Assembly: GCA_002633005.1 (NCBI GenBank)
Contig: NMRA01001056.1
Location: 1-62,374 of the forward strand
Source: Phoronis australis
Taxonomy: Eukaryota; Animalia; Phoronida
Direction: 5' to 3'
Length of the DNA stretch: 62,374 nucleotides
Of this stretch, positions 52,565 through 62,374 are shown one piece after another (positions within the stretch are counted from its first letter, which is position 1; every line of letters starts with the position of its first letter). Both the position numbers and the translations under genes were made by a program. A model generated the notes under the pieces. It was not told where the DNA came from. It worked only from the letters and a program-made list of their open reading frames with translations, and ran no database searches.

Positions 52565-52753
52565 CCACACAGATGGGCGGCTCTTTGTTCCACTTGCCTC
52601 TGGGGGTGCATGTCGCAATCACGGGCCCGACCAATCGCAGACCGTTGTTACAACGGAAGCTCATTACCCTTCCACCGGAGACCACTCTCGTGTAACCGTT
52701 CTCTAACTTCAACGTCGGGCAGCGAGAACGGGAGCGTGCAAGTCTTCGCATGC
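52565..52753 (-). CDS. Exon encoding one Sushi/CCP (SCR) domain
   Basis: C-P...NG...F-C-NNG-L-G...A-T-C...G-KW...PP-I-C pattern. 189-bp symmetric phase 1-1 exon with T-rich AAG acceptor and G|GTAAG donor. Confidence 0.9.
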
Positions 52754-52976
52754 CTTAAATAAAATAAAAATGAAATCTCAGTTACTTTTGGCGATATTCA
52801 AAAATCTTTTTTTTTCATTTCCATCGAGAAATATACCTTCAAAACCTTTCCCAAAACAAACTGTAGGCGTCGTCTGAAAGAAATATGAGTGACGCCAAGA
52901 AACCGACCTGATAGGTCTAACGTATTTTTACAGATATTATGTTTTAGTTGAATGCCTGATCTACTCGCCGTTAACG

Positions 52977-53361
52977 AGGCTCCGGTATTTAATCTTTTTG
53001 CTAGAAATTGAACTCGAAGTTATTTTTTGATATTTCGTTTTCTACTTAAATGCAAACTCATAACAATTAAAATGTTTCCGTGCTCGAGTATGCCATGGTT
53101 TCATGGTTTACGTTGATGACTGTAATCTTCCACTTGGTGACCCCAGCATTACAGCTAGAAGTTCGAGTCAGAGCTCAAACTTTTGATTTTTGCTGGAAAT
53201 CTCAAATTTTTACTCGAGTTTGTAGCTCGAATCTCGGAGTGACGAAGTGTGAACTTGAAATGGAAACGCATCTGTCTAAACTATTATGTACTCGAGTATA
53301 GAATTCGAACGGAAAAGGTCAAAAATAATTTAGAGTTCGAGTTCGAGAAGACCCTGGCACC
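52977..53361. mobile_element. Harbinger-like MITE (CTCGA family), diverged
   Basis: Homologous to the other three copies. Confidence 0.65.
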
Positions 53362-53920
53362 AGGGTTTAAGTCGAGTGTTGCAATGTTTGAACTTGGAGC
53401 AGATCTTTGATCTGGAAGTGTACTAGCAAACAAGCCGTAAACTTATATACTTTTCTTACACGGTAGAGATAAAATAGTGAAAAGTATCTGAAACTAATCG
53501 AAACTGTTTCTATGAATCACCAGCCTAGAACTCCAGCAAGCTGGCAAAAAGAGACATCTCGACAACGTGGTTATTAATACTGGTTTGTAAATTACGAGAT
53601 AACCATCTAAGACATTACAGAGTAAACCGAATAAGTAAACATTTATCATTTCTTTTTATTGCCAAGGTAGGGTAGAGTGGGACAAGACGTCAACTAGGGT
53701 GGTGGAACGCCCACTTCAAACTAGTGAGCACGTGCTGTGCACCACGCGCACAAGCGCCCACTTGACTCTTTTCCTAGCTCAACAAGAAGTCGTAAATGCA
53801 TACGTTTGTTGATATTAGTATGGGTTACAGTGCTGGCTTGACGTCCTTTTTAGTAATTTGCCTAGTTACGAATAAGCATGCCACTGATACTTCGGTAGGT
53901 AACTAATGTACAAAATGTTG

Positions 53921-54490
53921 TGAAGACAATACGCGTGCCCTTAACCGAAATTGAATTGACAGTGGTAGATTGTATGACATGGTGTCTTAGGAAAAACCTC
54001 CTCCCGTAAGCTGTAAGTCAGAGGCAAGGCGCCCATACATGTAGTAGGCGTTTTGCTAATCCTTTAATTAATTTCCACAACGAAAAATGTGTAAGTTTTG
54101 AATCCATGTGCCTTACAGCAAAATTCGTTATTACAAAGCGAAAACAACAAACGGCAGTGTGGTGACAAGACTGTTAAAGAAACCCTAGAGCTTATTCTAA
54201 GTAGCGCTGTCCTTGTTAAGAGCAATGAGCTATACCTGGTATGAAGACAATACGCGTGCCCTTAACCGAAATTGAATTTACACTGGTAGATTGTATGACA
54301 AGGTGTTCTAGAGAAAACTCTCGTGAGTCAGGTGCAAGGCGTCCATGTTAAGCTTCTTGTCACACTTTGCATAAAACTTCCACAGGTAAAATTGTATCAG
54401 TTTGAGTACATGTACTTTACAGCAATATCCACTATTACAAAGCGAAAATGATCAAAAAGCTTATATTCAAAGTGGCGCTGTCCTTGTTGA
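53921..54490 (+). repeat. Diverged ~320-bp tandem duplication
   Basis: TGAAGACAATACGCGTGCCCTTAACCGAAATTGAATT at 53921 and 54242. Confidence 0.85.
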
Positions 54491-56867
54491 AGGCAAGCAA
54501 TGAAGGAGTGTCATTTATGGGATGTTGGGGGAGTGACATCTAGCGGCGGCGAATTTTAGCGTTGAAATGGTCAGTATAATTCCATTTGGTCTATGGTTTT
54601 ATCGTTTGTAATTCGTTGTACACTAACTATCTGCACTAAAAAGAAACAAAACAAAACAAAAAAACAAGTGGTTCCATCTCAAAATATGAACCATAGCACT
54701 GGAATTCAAAGATGGCGTTGCATAAGATTTTACGGTTCATAATCAGTTTGAAGGGCTGAAAAGAGTATTTTGGAGGATAAGTGTAGGTTAGGATAGACTT
54801 CTTGAAGTTATCAGTTATGACCAAGACTATAAAAGTTGTTGTGTTATTGTGGTTTACAATCGCCAATTCCAGCAATGCAGTAGAATATGAAATTGAGGCC
54901 AGTGTCCTTATCGGTTCAATACACTTAGGATATTCGTCTATTTGTCACGTCAAAGCGTAGCGCTGCGGCTGCTGAGGTAGCGCCTAAATTTAAGGGTCCG
55001 TTTTTGGCTTTGAGCCTGAAGGAAACTGCAAACTCTGTGTATTTGACCACCAGAACCGTCTTTATCTTGGTTCTATTACCCGTTTCTGGCGTCATTGCTT
55101 GAGTCGAAGGCAAATTGTGATTTATCGAGGTGAGGCCTGAAAAGATGAGAAGAGGCCAGCTTCTCGAATACAGCGCCTAGTAATCAGAGCTGAAAAGCCA
55201 GTGGAGGTGATAAGTAAGAGATCATTGTCTTCACTCGCACTGTTATGAAAAGTATAATCAATGACAAACTTTATTGTTTTATTTTTAGCTGTTACATAAG
55301 AGTAATATGCCAGAAAACAGTAAGGTGGCACTGAAGAGTTAGGCTGCGGCCGCGGCCAATTTGCACTGCCAATATATTGAAATTTTGGGGTAGGCCAAGT
55401 TTGGGGGCATTTTGTAGGTGGGCATTGCACGTAGGCTCAGTGAATGTGGTTTGTTTGTATTTGTGAACATACTGTGAATAAAAAGGCACTTTCTTGGCTG
55501 TAGCTGCACGCTTCTTCAAGATGGCGACCCCCGGCTGCAATTGTGCATTGTTGGGTAGCGACCGAGAAATTGGCTATGATTTTAGGTATCCCTCAAACAA
55601 GCAAGAATTTCCAAAAAACTACTTGGTTGACAGTACTTTTGGACCACATTTTCGAAATCGGTAGGAAATTTGCTTTCAGACTCTAATTTTGGTTTTAGTC
55701 GTGCATCGGCAGGGAAGTGGTGTTTTTTGGGTGAAAAGTGCCGACTTTGCATTTTTTGCCCTTATTTTTCTTAGTCTAGCTTGTTTTTTAGTGGGAATGA
55801 AATGGTCAAAAATACAAGAGAGAATGAAGTTTCTGTGCTCATCTGCAGGGCTTTTTAAGTGAAATAATTTAAAACATGACATTCTTTGCATCCTGTTTTT
55901 GACAGAGTGAAGAAAACGTGACAAATCAAGTGATGTGTGTTTTGCTGGGCAAAACCCAGTAAGAACTGTTCTGTGCCTCCTAAACACCGGTTTTGTCGGC
56001 CATTTTTTCCGCCATCTTGAAAAACCGACTTCCGCCACTCCGATTTCGGTAGATTTTTTCTGACACCGAGGAATGTTTGAAGATGCCATTTATGCAAAAA
56101 AAACTTCTGTTGCATTTTTTTCTAGGTTGGGCCCTCAGGAGCCCTAGAATGACTGGACTATTGGTTGACTGCGATTGTTTCGTGACTTTCTGTCTGCGGG
56201 TCTCCAATTGCGGTTTGAGGAACTGTCATGTTTTATTAATTCCACTGTTATAGAAATCTACTGAAAATGTTCATCATACCTTTACCAGTAAGAGAAAAGT
56301 CTCAATTTGACAAAAACGCTTATAGAAAAGGCAAAAGTGTCGCCAAAAAACCGCGAGTATTTGCACTCTGTCTTATCTAAACACGTTTCGCCTCAAGCAA
56401 AGCGTCCAATTTTTTAAAGTCGTTAATTCCTACTTGTGGGAAATAACTGTGCAAATCAGTTCGCGGTAATTGAATAGGAAACTGGGAGAGAGAGTCAAAC
56501 TCAATAGTTACTACATGAATTTTTAAAGTTCATCGAGAAAAGAAATAATGGGACGTTTATCGCTTTGCTAGGTTGTCTTGCTGTCTGCAAATTCAGATAA
56601 ATTACACGTACTGCTCTCAGATTGAGGTGTTGGCACTTTTCATGGGAAATGATATTTAGAATTAACTCACGGTTTGCAGGTCTGCTTTCGTTTGTTTGTA
56701 AATTAAGATTGGCCACAGTTGTTTATAGAAATAATGTTATCGCCTAAGCGTCAAAACCACACGACTGCAATTCCGGCCACAACGCACGTGTTCTCTTATA
56801 TATTGCACAAATTGTTTGTTTACGAAAGTTTGTCGATGAAAAGTTGATAAATTTTGTGACAAGTTTT

Positions 56868-57242
56868 CTCCGGGCGTTAAGTAAGCACAACGTTTTTTAG
56901 TTTACAATATTCCTCCCCGCTAATATACTAAAGAAAATGCGTCTATCGAGAGGTTTTGATCGATTTTACAAATGTTAGTTAACTGTACGGAGAGCCTGGG
57001 TGAACATCCAATTCATGAAGTTTAGACGGCGCTGGGAATAAATTGCGGTAAGTCTTACTGAAACTAAAAACAGATGTGGGGGACATTTGGTATTCAGTGA
57101 TAATCACGAAGCACAACATTTCGGTTGCGAAGCAGTAGCTATATACATTTTGATTACATTTTAAGATACGTGTAACCTTCAAGTGAAACCAATGACTATT
57201 AATGTTTCGGTCAAAGCACATAGGTATCGTAATCAGTATTAG
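56868..57242 (+). repeat. Direct repeat of 61925-62300
   Basis: ~375 bp, nearly identical, on opposite sides of the gap at 59593. Confidence 0.92.
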
Positions 57243-58461
57243 TGACACGGGTATTGATTACCATTTGCCTGTGGTGGCACGGGCAAAGGGTAATTATGGC
57301 ACCAAAATGCAACTAAGGTTTTCCACCCAGATATACGAATCACCGGTCATTTAACATTCATTTATATACATTTCAGTGACAAAATGATGCACCCCTCTAT
57401 TCTTCATGCAGTCGAGTCTATGTCTCCACGTCCCCAGAAGTATGGCAGTGTTACTAATACCGTAAAGCCCGAGCTTTTAATTCACCAAGTTCAACTCGCG
57501 TGGTTTAACAATTCTTTTGAAAACGCCGGCTTCTCTTCAGACACTTCTTCTATAAGAAACATTCCTGCAGCCAAGTTGTTGGCGGTTAGCCATTGTGATG
57601 TTACGTCATGATTTCACAAAAAACCCGAACAGGAAACTTGACACCCCGCAGTGCATTACTATGGGCGGCGCACCATAGGGGACTTGGGGGGGGGCATAGC
57701 CTCCCCACTTATTTCAGTTCTGCGCAGCCCGTGTCTATCGTGCGATCATTCATATCTCGGACATTTCTTGGGATGAAGGCAAAACCACGTCGTGATACAG
57801 CTGCAGCAGTTGTTCGTCGTTCCCGTAGCAACAGCATCCAGAATAACTTCGTTGCTGACAACAGGTGTTCCACAGCTCAGTGCGACCGAACATGCCAATT
57901 TCGTTAATAACGGACTGGTGGCCTAGTGTTTAATTTTACTGAATTTGTAAGACACTTTAAGTAATTGGCGACTGAAAAAAATCCGTCTGCGGTGTAACAA
58001 TTCAAAACTTGCCTCCAATTAACGATTGAAGATATCACGTAGACAAGAGCTCAATTTCGCTTAAACGCACGGCGATACATAAAACAGCATGACAGCTATG
58101 GAGAGGAAGTTTTTGGTTAAAAAGACGGATTTCCTTCTTATAGGCACCTTTTAGTATAATAACTTCGATTTAAATGATCAATCACAGCCTTCAGCTCCAC
58201 GCGGTCTCTCTAATCATTTATTTCTATTCCGATTGAATCGTCCAATTTGCTATGTTTGCGGGCGTGTCAACACTGGCGAAATGAAATTACGTATTGTTTG
58301 TATACCCTTGAAATCATACGCCGCGTGACTACACGCAGAAAATAAATTCGCAAAAGATATTGGAAGACGAAGGGAGAATTGAGGAACCTGACCTTTCACA
58401 CTTTAAAAAAAAACAGTGATTTACTGAACATTTCATTTAAAACTGGAGAGTTTAGAATATA

Positions 58462-58891
58462 GGGCCGGGTTGCATGAAACAGTCCCATTTAGGGACTCAA
58501 CTAAGTTTCCTAAATCTTTTGCTTATTTGTGTCTTTCTTTACTCACAGATGTTTTCTTTTTCTACCATTCCATCATTATAATGGAGTCCTCCTTGACTAA
58601 TGAAATTTTCTAATGACATAAATGAATGCTGAGTCCTGAATTCAATGAAAATAAATAAGGACTTAGCCCTTAAGTTAGGGGAGTTGCATGAAAAGATCCC
58701 TATTTAATTTCGAAAATATTGAGAATTTAAAGACAAGCTCATTCTCGATTTGTACCAAAACCAAATAGTTATGGACTTAGTAATGAAATTAAAACAAAAA
58801 AGAAAGCAAAATCGGTTTTTCACAAGTAACCAGTAAATTTAGAGAACTTAGTTGAGTCCCTATTTGGGCACTGTTTCACGCAACCGGGCAC
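58462..58891. mobile_element. Harbinger-like MITE
   Basis: ~55-bp TIRs GGGCCGGGTTGCATGAAACAGT...TAGGGACTCAACTAAGTT. Confidence 0.8.
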
Positions 58892-59593
58892 TGGTAACAG
58901 GCACGAAACATGAAACCGTGGCAACGGAATTGAATTTGATCATAATGTTAAAATCAGTTTTCTACTGGAAACGTTTAAGTGTTAAAACATTTGTTCTCAG
59001 TAGAACACTTATTACTGTGTAAGTAGAATTTATACCATGCCCTCTTGAAAACTTTTATCCTCATGAATTTCCCGAGATGAATAGATATTTTATAACGCTT
59101 TCTTGAAATAAAAGATCTCAGAAATCAATGTTTCAGCTAATCAGGAAATCGCAACAAATAACCAGTAAAAGAGTCGCTATATTGTGAGTAAAGACATCAA
59201 AATCCCATGTGGCCTGAGAAAAATAGGTGAGCACCTTCCTCAATATGAAAGGAATTTTTAAACAAACTCGAAAGCGCAGCTAAGGGCAAATTCTGTTCAA
59301 GCTGTCTAAAAAGGCAACAGTTGTCAAAAGAAGCCTTGTCGTTAACCCAACTGTTGATTCAATCACACAAAGAGTCCAGTACTGTGGAAGCGCCAGCTGC
59401 TGGTGACGGTGAAACCGATATGCTCATAGATTCATCAGTGCAACTGAGTCGCATGATCTCCGGTCTTGTAGAAAATCTCGGGCTGCCAGGTTGAGAGCCT
59501 GGAATTCTTTGACAAGTGTATCGAGTAAAAGTAGCTTTTGTGTTTTAAATCTGAGGATTGACATAAAGCCAACGCCTTTTGAGTGGCCGTATN

Positions 59594-61924
59594 ATCGTAT
59601 GCACAATCCTGTCATCTACACAAACAGCTGCACTTGGGCGAAGTTTGCCGAGTTCGGTCCGACGCCACGCGACGTTGTTTGAATCAGAAGCGAACTCAAA
59701 ATTATTGCTAACTTAGTTATCATTGTAGTTAGCACCAGTAGCTGCAACAATTTTGTTGTTATTGTCCAATTAAACCCTATCTTTAACGAATATGCTGGGG
59801 GTGGACCTTTTCAGCGGGGTCGGGGGTTCGATCGAACCCCCCGAAACCTCCCCCCCTACTGACTATGGGTCTGTATTATTTATAATAAAAGTAAAAAAAG
59901 GTGAAGCATAAACTAAATTCTTTATTTAATTCAACTGTAATTCGGTCACTATTTCCAAAAATATTATACATAGTGGTTGGATACCCCCTTCCCCAATGTG
60001 GATGCCCGGGTCCGCCGCCACGGTGGCTGAGCACCATATACAACATCTATGAATAATGAATTCAAACGTGTTTTATATTCACTATGAAGACAAAAAGCGA
60101 ACAGTTCCATATCTGTGAAATGATTGTCAATCTAATTAAAATGAAAAATCAATAGGACTCGTTGTACCCACGAATCAGTTGTGAATAACATATTCGCAAC
60201 ATGAACAGAATTTTTTATCTACGTTACAGCTTTGATAGTTTCCACGAAATCTAACACGACCATACGTACCCAATATCACGTGCCGCAGAGGTGTTTTCAG
60301 CCTTTTTGGAGAACACCATATCGAACATAAAAATACAGACTGTTTCAAAGAGAGGTCAACAGCCGATCTATTGAAGTTCTTCGTAGCACTGAGAACGCAC
60401 CGTTTTCCAGCGCTTCACGTAATATTGGGTTTGCCAATTTCAACTTTTGGTAAAACAATGTTCCCCATCTGGCATAGTTTGGGCGGTTCAGGGCAAAGAA
60501 TACATCTAGCATAGTTGGGAAAATGTTGATATAGCCACTGAAGTCATTGTTCTTGACGCATCTCTGGAGTTCTCTGTGTGCTCGGTTTGTGAGAAAGACG
60601 AAGATTGCCAAAAACTGACCAGTTTTGCCAAATTTGCCATTAATCACTGTCTGAAATGAAGGTAAATGGCGCGCAAACATAAGGCAGGCGACAGCAAAAG
60701 ACGGAATTTTGGTTATTATTCCTTTTAGCAGGTGCATCAAATGACTCGTCCGAAAACAAAAGGACGCAGTTTAGACTGGTAAAATAGGACAACGAAAAAG
60801 GCAAATTAGTGGAAACACAATGTGATATCCATCTTGGACGGGTTTTTAGGTTTTGTTTTTAATAATGAATTATGTGGAATAATCCGCTGTTTTCGCATGG
60901 ACTTGTGAGGTCGCTCCAACCTCAGGCGCGATTTTTCTGGTTTTCATGCCCTGACATAAACTTGCTGACAAAAATCTCTCACCTTGTGCGGTGACCTATG
61001 TCGTACAGACTTAGTGGCTGTATTGAAAATTGAAGTGCCTGGTTCCTGATTGTGATGCTTATTCAGCGTGAATGCGCTTATAATCAATTTTGTTTCGACT
61101 CTTTATTTGTCTGATGTAGACATCTTACTGTTTTGCCACATGCAATGATGCTGAAAATCGGGCGATTGGTTTCAAGCGGTTTCCTGGTGGGTTGATCTAG
61201 CTCAACTCAGGTACTTGGGCGTGTCTGGCGGGGCTAACCCACCACTAGATTTGTCTGGCAGTGTTTCTTCGTGATACCTGGGCTTACGATGACTATTTTG
61301 GAACAAGTTTTAGGCGGTTACCTCTTGGATTGATCTAGCTCAATTGTTAACCCTTTTTGATAATCGTCTGGCAGGGCCACCCCACCACTGAAATTGTCTG
61401 GCATCTAACTGTTGTTCCATGTTCAGTGATGGTGAACATCGTGCAATTGGTTTCAAACGGTTACCTGATGGGTTGATCTAGCTCAATTCTGGTATTTGGG
61501 CGTGTCTGGCGGGGGTAACCCACCACTAGATTTGTCTGGCAGTGTTCATTCGTAATACCTGGGCTTACGGTGAATATTTTGCGACTGGTTTCAGACGGTT
61601 ACCTCTTGGATTGATCTAGCTCAATTTTTGTACCCTGTATATGTTCGTCTGGCGGGTACTCCCCACCACTGAAATTGTCTGGCAGTGACCATTTTTGATA
61701 CAATGGATGACATAGCAGGTATTGAAGGCAGTTTTAAGTGGTTACCAGAAAAGTTGATCTAGCTCAATTTTTTAGTGCAATTCTCTTGGCTCCCCTGACC
61801 ACACCCACCAGAGCGAACCTGCCAGACGGCCATTTCCAAGCATCAGGATACCCATAGAGCACTGTGGCACCAAAGAAAATTGGTTTCCTTTTCATGCCCA
61901 AAAAAGCTCTGGGATCCCGGTCTA
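59594..61924 (-). mobile_element. Non-autonomous Academ, copy 3 (left part lost in gap)
   Basis: Near-identical to 42033-44528, ends ...GGATCCCGGTCTA, and starts exactly at the N. Confidence 0.9.
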
Positions 61925-62374
61925 CACCGGGCGTTAAGTAAGCTCAACGTTTTTTTAGTTTACAATATTCCTCCCCGCTAATATATTAAAGAAAATGCGT
62001 CTATCGAGAGGTTTTGATCGATTTTACAAATGTTAGTTAACTGTACGGAGAGCCTGGGTGAACACCCAGTTCGTGAAGTTTAGACGGCGCTGGGAATAAA
62101 CTGCGGTAAGTCTTACTGAAACTAAAAACAGATGTGGAGGACATTTGGTATTCAGTGATAATCACGAAGCACAACATTTCGGTAGTGAAGCAGTAGCTAT
62201 ATACATTTTGATTACATTTTAAGATACGTGTAACCTTCAAGTGAAACCAATGACTATTAATGTTTCGGTCAAAGCACATGGGTATCGTAATCAGTATTAG
62301 CAGGAAGAGATAACCAGGAAGGGACAACTGTTTTAGCGCATTTTAACGTATTTTCAAAGGTGATTTCAAAAGTA

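Noticed and set aside
54940-56360. Probable non-autonomous DNA transposon and its ORFs
   Set aside because: Could not pair TIRs or find a TSD, and the ORFs have no recognisable motifs.
57240-59592. Possible transposase relic around 59170-59590 and GC-richer ORF 57608-57907
   Set aside because: Stops in all frames and no diagnostic motif, and the region is truncated by the gap.

Overview
AT-rich, repeat-dense animal genomic DNA. The transposon complement suggests a marine invertebrate, but the species cannot be told from the sequence. There are two single-N assembly gaps (33047, 59593). The centrepiece is a full-length but decayed env-bearing Ty3/Gypsy retrotransposon on the minus strand (16353-26508). 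It has LTRs, PBS, PPT, gag with two CCHC knuckles, a GGGAAAC -1 frameshift signal, PR, a dUTPase-like linker, RT, RNase H, integrase and a baculovirus-F-type env. Between env and the 3' LTR it carries an extra intact 124-aa ORF that looks like a second retropepsin-fold protein lacking the DTG/DSG motif; this is the most novel-looking observation. The element is nested within a TA-flanked TIR element that split a minisatellite. Also present are four copies or fragments of a foldback-like non-autonomous Academ family (TAG...CTA ends, 3-bp TSDs, ~1 kb modular TIRs), CR1/L2 and Tx1/L1 LINE relics, a THAP-bearing Kolobok inserted in the Tx1 relic, several Harbinger/hAT MITEs, Helentron-associated repeats and microsatellites. 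Host genes are limited to a clear Sushi/CCP exon on the minus strand and a few candidate exons. All family assignments come from motif recognition by eye, not database searches.
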